64,000 nucleotides of DNA. Source: an uncultured delta proteobacterium. Its GTDB lineage: Bacteria > Desulfobacterota > Binatia > UBA9968. Numbering within the stretch: position 1 is the first letter of the stretch; each line of letters starts with the position of its first letter. The stretch is from NCBI GenBank assembly GCA_963840855.1, contig CAWJBB010000062.1:1-64000 (forward strand), in the 5' to 3' direction. This document shows positions 1 through 9,523 of this stretch, one piece after another. Under the pieces are notes generated by a model, which saw nothing but the letters and a program-made list of their open reading frames with translations, made no database searches and was not told the origin of the DNA. A program made the position numbers and the translations under genes.

Positions 1-176
1 TCTTCCGAGACGGCTGCGTTCCTGAGATCGCTCTTAACTGCGGCCTCAAAGCCACGCTTACGATAGGCCGCGAACTGCGGGATGGCGATGGCCGCCAAGA
101 TACCGATGATCGCGACGACCACCAAAAGTTCGATAAGTGTAAAACCAGACTGACTGCGTAATCTCAATTTATCCAT
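1..176 (-). CDS. pilA: Type IVa major pilin, 5' part; runs off the window edge
   Basis: Not in the ORF track. Manual translation gives MDKLRLRSQSG^FTLIELLVVVAIIGILAAIAIPQFAAYRKRGFEAAVKSDLRNAAVSEE, with the class III signal G^FTLIE. GGAG SD upstream of the ATG at 176. Confidence 0.95.
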   Translation of the reverse strand, partial: MDKLRLRSQSGFTLIELLVVVAIIGILAAIAIPQFAAYRKRGFEAAVKSDLRNAAVSE

Positions 177-356
177 AACTAAAAAACTCCTTTTTCTGTT
201 ATTTATTTGACACAACTGTTAATTCTTTGACGATAATGCTTCAGAAACCGTTTTTGATTGCCTCTGTTTAACTGCCCACTGCGTTTTTCTTCTTTTTTTT
301 CTCTTCACCTCCTTACCGCAGCGCTTAGAACCAGTGGCAAACTGGTAAATCTGTTT

Positions 357-372
357 CGCAAACTGCGGGCCA
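357..372 (-). promoter_or_regulatory. sigma54 -24/-12 promoter of pilA
   Basis: Minus strand reads TGGCCCGCAGTTTGCG (GG-N10-GC), upstream of pilA and next to a sigma54 activator gene. Confidence 0.8.
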
Positions 373-420
373 CAAGTTTTTTTGCGGCTTGATGACGAGA
401 AGGAAGATGAAAAGAGCGGG

Positions 421-433
421 CAACCTTTTGATA
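421..433 (-). promoter_or_regulatory. IHF binding site
   Basis: Minus strand TATCAAAAGGTTG matches WATCAANNNNTTR exactly and lies upstream of the sigma54 promoter. Confidence 0.7.
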
Positions 434-542
434 TTCAATAATAACCGGCGGTGTCTTGAAAATTTGCGGTTTCTGCATCAATCAAGGAATGACAGAAAAC
501 GGAACCGCGGCTGGAGTTCATCGATTGTGCCCCCTTGGGCTT

Positions 543-559
543 GTGACAAAATTTGTTAC
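543..559. promoter_or_regulatory. Candidate upstream activator site (enhancer) for the pilA sigma54 promoter
   Basis: Near-palindrome GTGACAAA-A-TTTGTTAC about 170-190 bp upstream of the -24 element, beyond the IHF site. Confidence 0.45.
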
Positions 560-2607
560 TCGGCAACCTGACCATCGCCGGTTAAATTCTGGCCTTTTCC
601 CAGGAGCTCGTACTTGTCCAGCCTGTGGCGCAGCGACCTGTAGTTTATACCGAGCAGCTCCGCGGCCCTTTTCTGCACCCCTTTGGCTCTCTTTAGAGCA
701 TCGACCAGAATGGCCCTCTCATGGGTCTCCAGTTCGGCGTCAAGGGACACCCCTTTGCTGAAAAAGTGGCCGGAATTGTTGCCGCCGGCGCCGTTATCGC
801 CGAGACCGGCAGTTTCCACTGCCACCGGCGGCAGATTATTCAACTGGGAGGGCAAATCTTCCTCGGTAATAATATTCCGGCTGGTGACCGCGACGGCATG
901 CTCCAGCACATTTTCCAGCTCACGGACGTTGCCAGGAAAACTATGATTCATAAGTCGCATCAGCGCGCCGCTGGATATTTCTTCAACCTGTTTGCCGTGG
1001 GACACCGCAAATTTGCGCAAAAAGTAGTGCGCCAACGCAGGAATGTCATCTTTGCGATTTTTGAGCGGCGGCAAGACCATTTGCACCACATTGAGCCGGT
1101 AGAACAAATCTTCGCGAAACCGGCATTCTTCCATTTCTTTGCGCAGGTCTTTATTGGACGCGGATATTACCCGGACATCGACTTTCACCTGCTTGCTGCC
1201 ACCAACAGGTGTGAAGCTCTTTTCCTGGAGAACCCGGAGCAACTTGACTTGAAGATGGAGCGGCAGTTCTGCCACTTCGTCAAGAAAAATGGTCCCCTGG
1301 TCGGCCTGCTTGAACAGGCCCGCATGGTCGGATACCGCGCCGGTGAAGGCGCCCCGCACATGGCCGAAAAGTTCGCTTTCGATGAGTGTTTCCGGAATTG
1401 CGCCGCAATTGACCGCTACAAAGGGTTTGTCTTGGCGCGCGCCGTTAAAGTGAATCGCTCGCGCCACCAGTTCCTTGCCGGTGCCGCTCTCGCCAGTGAT
1501 CAGCACGTTGGTGCTGCCGGCGGCCACTTTTTGAATGAGCTGATAAATCTTGTCGATGCCGCCGCCCTTTCCCACCACGCCTTCGAAGCGGAAGCCGGAG
1601 GAGGCCAAGCCGTCGGGCTCGCTATGCAGCTCAAACTCCCGCGCCCGGCGTAATTCTTCTTCGAGGCGAACTTTCTCTTCGGCTTCCTTTTGCTTCGTGA
1701 CGTCCTCGAAGATAGCCACATGGCCAATTAAACTGTCGCCGACGTTGCACAACGGCGCGAGGGTCAAGCGCAGTTGCTTTTGCCGTCCTTGAGAGGAGGT
1801 GAACGGAAACTCGTCCGGCACTACTTTGCCATGTTCGGCGCCATCAAAGCGGTACTTCAAACTAGGAAAGATTTCGTCGAGTCGTTTTCCCGTAACTATC
1901 GATTCCTGGAGGGAAGTCAGTTGTTGTGCCTGAGCGTTAAAGTAGTTGATGTATCCCCGATCATCGGTGATCGCTACGCCACCGCCCACCCCTTCCAACA
2001 AGGCATTTTTGAGCGAGTCCAATCGTTGATAGTCAACATGTTTCTCTTCCAGGAGTTTTTCCGCCACACCGAGCTTCCGCGCCAAGTGGCCACTGAGCCA
2101 CGCGATGACAAAATAACTGGCAATATTGAGCGCCACGGGCATCAAAAGTGGCCACGTTAGGGAGTTGACCCTGGCATTCCCATGCGCGCTGCTCAGAATA
2201 AGCAGCGCCGCGTAGCACCCGCTGGAAAATCCGGCGGTGATAAACGCGCCGCGGTGAAACAATAGAATCGCGCCGTTCATCACCGCCATATTGTAAAGAA
2301 ACGAAAACGGGCTGGTGATATCGCCGGTGATCCAGATAATACCGCTGATCAACAGCACGTCGAAGCCGATTTGCCCATGGGCAAACCAGTTGAGCTTCTG
2401 AACGCGGCTGAGAAACGCCATTGAGCCTAGGGAAATCACATAAGCGGCGCCGAGCGGAATGAGCAGGGTGTAGAAGAGGCGCGGTTCACTTTCGGTTCCG
2501 AAGAAATGGAAGAGCGCCGTGGCGCCGAGAAAGAAAGATAAAGTGACCACCCGCAGAAAGAGCAGCCACTTTATTTTCTCGATCAGATTGCTACGTTCGT
2601 CGTTCAT
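556..2607 (-). CDS. Membrane-bound sigma54 activator: PilS-like 6-TM domain + PAS fused to PilR-like AAA+ and Fis-type HTH
   Basis: Six hydrophobic segments with a PilS-like Q..FD...TG...SPF..LY stretch; PAS/PAC ending FEDVT; then GESGTGKE, GAFTGA, FLDEV and a C-terminal HTH (RAAELLGINYRSLRHRL). No HisKA, HATPase or REC domain. ATG at 2607 preferred over TTG at 2625. Confidence 0.9.
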   Translation of the reverse strand: MNDERSNLIEKIKWLLFLRVVTLSFFLGATALFHFFGTESEPRLFYTLLIPLGAAYVISLGSMAFLSRVQKLNWFAHGQIGFDVLLISGIIWITGDITSPFSFLYNMAVMNGAILLFHRGAFITAGFSSGCYAALLILSSAHGNARVNSLTWPLLMPVALNIASYFVIAWLSGHLARKLGVAEKLLEEKHVDYQRLDSLKNALLEGVGGGVAITDDRGYINYFNAQAQQLTSLQESIVTGKRLDEIFPSLKYRFDGAEHGKVVPDEFPFTSSQGRQKQLRLTLAPLCNVGDSLIGHVAIFEDVTKQKEAEEKVRLEEELRRAREFELHSEPDGLASSGFRFEGVVGKGGGIDKIYQLIQKVAAGSTNVLITGESGTGKELVARAIHFNGARQDKPFVAVNCGAIPETLIESELFGHVRGAFTGAVSDHAGLFKQADQGTIFLDEVAELPLHLQVKLLRVLQEKSFTPVGGSKQVKVDVRVISASNKDLRKEMEECRFREDLFYRLNVVQMVLPPLKNRKDDIPALAHYFLRKFAVSHGKQVEEISSGALMRLMNHSFPGNVRELENVLEHAVAVTSRNIITEEDLPSQLNNLPPVAVETAGLGDNGAGGNNSGHFFSKGVSLDAELETHERAILVDALKRAKGVQKRAAELLGINYRSLRHRLDKYELLGKGQNLTGDGQVAE

Positions 2608-2643
2608 GGGAAAGAGTCCCGCCAAGCGACACGTTGGATGGGC

Positions 2644-3864
2644 TTAATTAATCAACGATCCCAACTGGAAGATTGGCAGATACATGGCGATAACCAAGCC
2701 GCCCAGGATAACGCCCAAAAACACCATGATCATCGGTTCCATCAACGCGGTTAAATTTGTCACAGCATCATCGACTTCTTCTTCGTAAAGCTCGGCGACT
2801 TTTTTCAGCATGACGTCCAAGCCGCCGGTGGTTTCGCCCACCGCGACCATCTGGCAGACCATGGGCGGAAACACCTTGCTTTCCCTCAGAGGGTCGGCGA
2901 CAGTTCTGCCCTGGCTAATGCTGACTCGGCTTTCCATGATGGCCTTCTCAATGACCTTGTTGCCGGCGGTCCGGGCGGTAATCGCCAGCCCGTCCAGGAT
3001 TGGCACGCCCGAGCTTAGTAATATCGACATGTTTTGCGAGAAACGCGCCACCGCTACCTTGCGCAATAGATCGCCTATAATCGGCATTCTGAGCATCATC
3101 CGATCGATATGCATGCGCCCGGCGGGAGTCTTGTAGTAAAGCGAAATTGCCACGGCCACGCCGATCATGCTGCCAAAAATGAGATACCAATAAGCGACAA
3201 ATACGTTACTGATATTGATCGCGATTTGCGTCGGCGCCGGGAGGCCTTTACCCATGCTGCCATAAAGCTCGGCGAACACCGGGATGACAAAAATCATTAA
3301 GATAGAGACGACGATGACGGCTACGCCCACGATGCTGCTGGGGTAGATCATCGCGCCCTTGACCTTCCCCTTGAGCTTGTTCGCCTTTTCGATAAACACG
3401 GCGATTCGGTTCAAGATCGTATGCAGCGCGCCGCCCATTTCACCGGCTTCGACCATGTTGACGTAGAGATCGTCGAAAATTTTCGGGTGCTTTTTCAGCC
3501 CTTCGGCGAGGGTGGTGCCGCCTTCGACGTCTTTGCGAATGGCCAGCAACGTCCGGCGAAAAGTTTTGTTTTGGGTCTGCTCGCCCAAGATGCTCAGACA
3601 CTGCACGATGGGGAGTCCGGCATCGATCATCGCGGCGAATTGGCGGGTGAAGACGGCTACTTCTTTCGGCTTGACCGATTCGCCGAAGCCGGGAATCCTT
3701 ATTTCTTTCTCCATCCCCGCGCCCTTTTCGCGGATGCGGGTGGGAATGGGGCGAATACGCCGCTCGCGCAGTATCGCAAAAACGGCTTCCCGGCTGGAAG
3801 CCTCAATCTCGTCCCTTATGATTTTCCCCTGGGCGGTTTTACCTTCCCATAAAAATGTCGGCAT
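2644..3864 (-). CDS. pilC: Type IV pilus platform protein PilC
   Basis: T2SS-F family motifs FTRQFAAMIDAGLP, AMIYP, GETTGGLD, EPMIM, AMYLPIF. Confidence 0.95.
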   Translation of the reverse strand: MPTFLWEGKTAQGKIIRDEIEASSREAVFAILRERRIRPIPTRIREKGAGMEKEIRIPGFGESVKPKEVAVFTRQFAAMIDAGLPIVQCLSILGEQTQNKTFRRTLLAIRKDVEGGTTLAEGLKKHPKIFDDLYVNMVEAGEMGGALHTILNRIAVFIEKANKLKGKVKGAMIYPSSIVGVAVIVVSILMIFVIPVFAELYGSMGKGLPAPTQIAINISNVFVAYWYLIFGSMIGVAVAISLYYKTPAGRMHIDRMMLRMPIIGDLLRKVAVARFSQNMSILLSSGVPILDGLAITARTAGNKVIEKAIMESRVSISQGRTVADPLRESKVFPPMVCQMVAVGETTGGLDVMLKKVAELYEEEVDDAVTNLTALMEPMIMVFLGVILGGLVIAMYLPIFQLGSLIN

Positions 3865-3956
3865 GCTTTTATCTCCCCGTTATTGATATTTGAAACCTGG
3901 AAAAGATTACTTATCGTTTCTCATTGCTTTTCGCTTCGCCGGCGCCCGGCACATCA

Positions 3957-5681
3957 TTACCCTACCGAGAAAACGGATCCGAAGCCCTTGTCGGCATCCG
4001 TCACTCGCAAAGTCTCGGCGATGGTCGTTAGGCCGGCTCGAACCTTGTTTAGAGCGCTCATTCGCAGCGTGCTCATCCCCAGTTTGACCGCTTCCCGCTT
4101 CAAATCGACGGTAGACGCGCCGCGTATAATCAGTTCCCTTATTGCCTCGTGCATAACCATGATTTCGTAAATCGCCAAACGTCCCTTATAGCCGGTCTCG
4201 TTGCAGTCGCCGCAGCCCCGGCCTTCAAACGTCGGGAAACCGGCGCTGACATCCGTAGGGTCAACTCCCAGATTGATCAACGCCTCCGGGTTGGTTTCCA
4301 CCGGTTCCTTGCACATCTCGCAAATCCTGCGCACCAACCTCTGTGCAGCGATAAGATTGATCGATGAGGTCAGCAGAAAGGTTTCAATCCCCATGTTGAT
4401 TAGCCGATCCACGGTGGACGGCGCGTCATTGGTGTGTAAAGTGCTGAGAACCAAATGGCCGGTGAGCGCTGCCTTGACCCCGATCTGTGCGGTTTCCAGG
4501 TCGCGCATTTCGCCGACCATGATGATATCGGGATCCTGGCGCAAGAAAGACCTCAGAGCCGCCGCGAAGGTTAAACCGATCTGTTCTCGCACCTGTACCT
4601 GATTAATACCCATGAGATTGTATTCCACCGGGTCCTCGGCCGTGGAAATATTGACGTCCGGTTTGTTGAGTTCCGAGAGCGCCGAATAAAGCGTTGTCGA
4701 CTTGCCGCTACCCGTCGGTCCTGTGATGAGGATCATGCCGTAGGGCTTATGGATCGCTTCCTGAAAGTCTGCCAGGGTTTGCGGGTCGAACCCGAGCTTG
4801 GCCATGTCGAGCTGGAGAGTAGACTTGTCCAAAAGCCGCATGACGACTTTTTCGCCGAACAACGTCGGCAGCACGGAAACACGAATATCGAGTTCACCGT
4901 TCATGCCCATTTTGAGCTTGATGCGTCCATCCTGAGTCAGCCGGCGCTCCGCAATATCCAGGCCGGCCATGACTTTCAGGCGCGAGACCAGCGGATTTTT
5001 GAGCCGCATCGGCGGGCTCATGATTTCATGAAGCACGCCATCGACGCGGAAGCGCACGCGAAACGCCTTTTCATAGGGCTCAATATGAATATCGCTGGCG
5101 CGACGTTTGGCGGCGTCGGCGAGGATGGCATTGACCAGCGTGACCACCGGCGCTTCCATGGTGGCCTGCTGCAGCTCTTGCAGATTGATGTCGTCCGGCT
5201 CATGGATGATTTCCACGTCGGAGTCACCAAACTTTTTGAGCACGTCGTCATAACTGACGCCGCCGAAGCGATGCTCCAGAACCTTCTTAATGGCCGATGC
5301 TGATGCAGCGACGACCCGAACGCCATAGCCGGTAATAAATTTGACTTCATTGATCGCCACCCGTTCGGTGGGATCCGCCATGGCCACGGTAAGGTTAGAA
5401 CCCAGGAGCTTTATCGGAATGATTTGGTGTTTCTGCACCAGATGGGCAGGGACTAAGTTGAAAACCGAATCCTCAATCTCGGCGGGATTTAGTTCGACTT
5501 TCTCGATGCCGAACTGCGCGGCGAGGAATTCCGTTAAGGCGTCCTCGGTGGTGAAGCCGAGCTTGACCAATTCCTTGGGGACGCTCGACCCGTTTTCCCG
5601 TTCCTTGTCTTGTGCTTGGGTAAGCTGCTCGCGACTGACGATGCCGCCGCGAACCAACAGCTCTGCGATGCGCGGTTCCAT
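3957..5681 (-). CDS. pilB: Type IV pilus assembly ATPase PilB
   Basis: ASDIHIEP, Walker A GPTGSGKST, LRQDPDIIMVGE, tetracysteine CEMC/CGDC, degenerate N-terminal MshEN-like segment. Confidence 0.95.
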   Translation of the reverse strand: MEPRIAELLVRGGIVSREQLTQAQDKERENGSSVPKELVKLGFTTEDALTEFLAAQFGIEKVELNPAEIEDSVFNLVPAHLVQKHQIIPIKLLGSNLTVAMADPTERVAINEVKFITGYGVRVVAASASAIKKVLEHRFGGVSYDDVLKKFGDSDVEIIHEPDDINLQELQQATMEAPVVTLVNAILADAAKRRASDIHIEPYEKAFRVRFRVDGVLHEIMSPPMRLKNPLVSRLKVMAGLDIAERRLTQDGRIKLKMGMNGELDIRVSVLPTLFGEKVVMRLLDKSTLQLDMAKLGFDPQTLADFQEAIHKPYGMILITGPTGSGKSTTLYSALSELNKPDVNISTAEDPVEYNLMGINQVQVREQIGLTFAAALRSFLRQDPDIIMVGEMRDLETAQIGVKAALTGHLVLSTLHTNDAPSTVDRLINMGIETFLLTSSINLIAAQRLVRRICEMCKEPVETNPEALINLGVDPTDVSAGFPTFEGRGCGDCNETGYKGRLAIYEIMVMHEAIRELIIRGASTVDLKREAVKLGMSTLRMSALNKVRAGLTTIAETLRVTDADKGFGSVFSVG

Positions 5682-5798
5682 GCAAAGCTAGCAATCGGAA
5701 GGAACCAAATTTTCTTAAGAAATAACAAGGCTATCGTCGGAATCAGTTTTACGGATTCATGACCTTCAACCACGGGCAAGGCGCAAGTGGCTAAACAA

Positions 5799-8520
5799 TC
5801 AACGTTTTTTTCCTAACACCGCCTGGGCGGCCGCCAATTTGGCGATGGGCACGCGAAACGGCGAGCAACTTACGTAATCCAGGCCGATTTTGTGACAAAA
5901 ACGCACAGATTCCGGGTCACCCCCATGCTCACCGCAAATCCCAATTTCGAGACGTTTGTGGGTTTTTCGGCCTTTGCCAACGGCAATCCGCATCAACGCG
6001 CCGACGCCCTCTTGATCGATGCTAACAAATGGATCCTGGGGCAAAAGACCGTCCATAACATAGCTGGGCAGAAACTTACCCGCATCGTCGCGCGACAGCC
6101 CCAAGCAGGTCTGGGTCAAGTCATTAGTGCCAAAAGAGAAAAACTCAGCTTCCTGGGCAATTTCGTCGGCCACGAGACAGGCCCGCGGCAGCTCGATCAT
6201 CGTCCCGACGAGATAACGGACTTTAACTCCGTAGAACCTCATGGTTGCTTGCGCCGTCTGTTCCACGATGTTTCTTTGCGCGCGTAGCTCTTCCCGCGAT
6301 CCAACCAGCGGAATCATTACTTCGGGAAAGGGATTTTTCCCCTCACGGCGCAGCTCACAAGCAGCTTCAAAGATCGCCCTCACCTGCATTTCGGTAATCT
6401 CGGGATAAGAAATTCCCAGCCGGCAACCACGGTGTCCGAGCATCGGGTTGAATTCCTGGAGCACTTTGACTTTGTCCCGAAGCGTTTGCACAGGCACGCG
6501 CATCACATGTGCCAGCTTTAGGATCTCCTCCTCGCGGCTCGGAAGAAACTCGTGAAGCGGCGGATCGAGGGTCCGGATCGTTACCGGCAAACCACCCATA
6601 ATCTCAAGAATTTCCTTGAAGTCTTGTTTTTGCATAGGCAAGAGCTTGGCCAACGCACGCCTGCGCCCGGCTTCGTCGTCCGCCAAAATCATTTCGCGCA
6701 CCGCCTGGATGCGATCGCCCTGAAAAAACATATGCTCGGTGCGGCACAGCCCGATGCCTTCGGCGCCGAACGCCCTGGCGACTACCGCTTGGTCGGGCTG
6801 ATCGGTATTCGTGCGCACCCCCAGCTTGCGGATTTCATCGGCCCATTTCATAAGCTTAGAAAATTGTTGGAAGACTCGGGATTTTCCGACTTCACGGGTT
6901 TTGCCGAGTAGCACCTGCACCACTTCCGAGGGCAATGTGCGAATTTCCCCCGCCATGACTTCACCGGTACTACCGTCCAGCGACAACCAATCGCCTTCCT
7001 TTGAAATGGTCTCGCCCACATGCATCGTGCGCGCTGCGTAATCGATGTTGAGCGTTTCGCATCCGGCGACGCAAACCTTTCCCATTTGGCGTGCCACCAG
7101 CGCTGCGTGTGAGGTCATGCCCCCGCGGGCGGTGAGAATTCCCTCCGCGGCTTCCATGCCGCGAATATCGTCGGGGCTTGTCTCCACACGACAGAGCAAG
7201 ACACGCTCCCCATTTTTCTTCCAAGCCACCGCGTCTTCGGCGTGAAACACGATGCGCCCACTGGCGGCGCCGGGACCCGCCGGCAAGCCCCGCGCCAGAA
7301 TGCGCCCCTGCTTGGCCGCCTGTTCCTTATCGTGACTGTCGAAAATGGGCCGCAGCAGTTGATTCAGATGATCCGCTTCGATGCGTAGGAGAGCTTCTTT
7401 CCTGCTTATGATTCTCTCCTCTACCATATCGATGGCGATACGCACCGCGGCAAATCCGGTGCGTTTAGCGGCCCTGGTCTGGAGCATCCAGAGTTTATTG
7501 CCCTCGATGGTAAACTCGATATCCTGCATCTCTTTGTAATGGTTCTCGAGAATCCTACAGACTCTTTTGAGTTCCATGTACGCCCTCGGCATCAGCAATT
7601 CGAGCTCGGCGATAGGCTTCGGCGTGCGGATTCCGGCGACTACGTCTTCTCCCTGCGCTTCGATAAGAAACTCGCCGTAGAATTGCTTTCTCGCCGGTGG
7701 CCGGATTGCGTGTGAAGGCCACCCCGGTGGCGCACTTTTCTCCGAGATTGCCAAACACCATTGCCTGCACGTTTACCGCCGTTCCCCAGGAATGTGGAAT
7801 CTGGTAGAGCTGCCGATACGCGATGGCTCGGTCGTTGTTCCAGGAACCCAACACCGCCCCAATGGCACCCCAGAGCTGATCAAACGGATCCTCGGGAAAA
7901 TCTTTTCCTGACCGGTTTTTTACCTCGGCTTTGAAATCCGCGACCAACTCTTTAAGATCTTCCGCATTGAGGTCCGTATCGAAACGCACCCCGCGGCTTT
8001 TCTTCTTCCGTTCAAGGATGGTTTCGAACGGATCGCTCTCGGTCTTATCCCGTGGCTTGACTCCCAAGACAACATCGGCGTACATGTGCACGAAGCGCCG
8101 GTAGGAATCATAGGCAAAGCGCGCGTTCTGGGAGCGGTGAATGAGCCCCTGGACCGTGCGGTCATTAAGACCCAGATTAAGCACCGTATCCATCATTCCG
8201 GGCATCGACTCCCGCGCTCCTGAGCGAACTGAAACTAACAAGGGATCGTCGTAGTCGCCGAAGCGGCGCCGGAGAATCTTCTCGATTCTGGCGAGTGAAG
8301 CCAGCAGATTTTTTTCCAGTGCTTTGGGATAGCGGCGATCATGAGCATAATAAAAAGTGCAAACTTCCGTAGTCAGCGTAAACCCCGGCGGCACGGGCGC
8401 ACCAATGCGGGTCATTTCATGCAGACCCGCGCCTTTGCCTCCAAGGAGCTCGCGCATTTCCGCTTTGCCCTCGGCTTTGCCGCCGCCAAAAAAATAAATG
8501 TACCTTTTCTTATTGCGCAT
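5799..8520 (-). pseudogene. ppdK: Pyruvate, phosphate dikinase split by a single-base frameshift at about 7687-7689 (real lesion or sequencing error)
   Basis: N-part has LGGKGA and [16 protein letters not shown]; C-part has [34 protein letters not shown]. Deleting one A in GAG AAA G CAA TTC restores [11 protein letters not shown]. Confidence 0.9.
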
Positions 8521-8594
8521 GATCGCCAATCCTTCGGTAAACGTGATTTCGCGGGACGCGAGCGCTGGCGCGACCGGATTGCCTTATTGCTTGT

Positions 8595-9377
8595 CTATAC
8601 CGCGACGAACTTGGCGATAAAAGCAGCCGATCTGATTTCGCGTTCCATGTGGAATTGTAGGAACCGTTGAATGAGGAACCGAATCTCCTTAAGTACCGCC
8701 ACCGGTAGGGACCCGCCGCCCAATCCATTGATTCTCTCTTCTCGCTTCTCTTCTTGGAGCTTTATCAACGCCGCCAGGGCTGCCGCGCCAAGGGGTAAAA
8801 TTTCTTTTCTCGATTGCGCGCAAACCTCGCAAAGAATCCCCCCTTCCGCCTGACTGAAATACCAACGCACGGCGCCATGCTCACGACGCGTAACGGAGCA
8901 ACGCTTGCAGCGATCCAGCGCGGGTTGGTAGCCCGCCAAACGCAGCAGCTTGAGCTCGAATGAAGTAAGAAACTCCAGTGGCTCGGTTCCATCGCGATCC
9001 AAGAAAAGCAGCCCATTTTTCAAATGCTGAAAAACCAGAGCACTTTCATCCCGTTCGGCGGTGAGGCCATCGGTGATCTCGACCAAATAGGACGCCAAAG
9101 CGATTTTTTCCAGGCTAGTGTCGAGCCGTTTAAAGGCATAGGTCAAATCAGCGGATAAGATAAAAACCAAACCGCCATGGGGGCGGTCTTGGAAGCGCAG
9201 ATTGACGAGGGAAAAAAGCTCGAGGGAATTAGCGAAGCGTTTACGAGAGCGCTTGGCTCCCTTCGCAATGCCGCGGACTTTGCCGTAGCTTTCCGTGAGC
9301 AGACACACGATCTTGTCTGACTCTCCGTACGGCCAGCTGCGCAGGACAACCGCTGGTGTAGCAAACGTGAGACGCAT
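8595..9377 (-). CDS. recO: DNA repair protein RecO
   Basis: VVLRSWPYGESDKIV...GKVRGIAKGA, FELKLL, CxxC pairs. Start moved to the ATG at 9377. Confidence 0.92.
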   Translation of the reverse strand: MRLTFATPAVVLRSWPYGESDKIVCLLTESYGKVRGIAKGAKRSRKRFANSLELFSLVNLRFQDRPHGGLVFILSADLTYAFKRLDTSLEKIALASYLVEITDGLTAERDESALVFQHLKNGLLFLDRDGTEPLEFLTSFELKLLRLAGYQPALDRCKRCSVTRREHGAVRWYFSQAEGGILCEVCAQSRKEILPLGAAALAALIKLQEEKREERINGLGGGSLPVAVLKEIRFLIQRFLQFHMEREIRSAAFIAKFVAV

Positions 9378-9461
9378 CGGAAGCTTAACAACCGCGACCG
9401 TAACATTTTTTAGCAACGCCGACAAGTATTTAAAATCCCAGCGGTTTTTCTGAGATGCAAC

Positions 9462-9490
9462 TTGACAAGCAGTAATGTCGTGATTAATTT
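9462..9490 (+). promoter_or_regulatory. sigma70-type promoter for grpE-dnaK
   Basis: TTGACA-17 bp-TAATTT. Confidence 0.6.
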
Positions 9491-9523
9491 GCTCCAACTC
9501 GTATGGCGGAGAAAGTGTGAGAA

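Noticed and set aside
721-1653. Long alternative ORFs (e.g. 721-1653, 14749-15495, 49672-50691, 50832-51872, 63236-63880)
   Set aside because: They are antisense shadows of well-supported genes in GC-rich DNA and carry no motifs of their own.
7680-7695. Programmed frameshift in ppdK
   Set aside because: It would need a +1 shift with no recognisable signal; a second similar one-base lesion at about 40790 points to sequencing error.
9378-9523. CIRCE operator / hrcA before grpE-dnaK
   Set aside because: Only a partial TTAGCA is present; there is no TTAGCACTC-N9-GAGTGCTAA repeat and no hrcA gene in the window.
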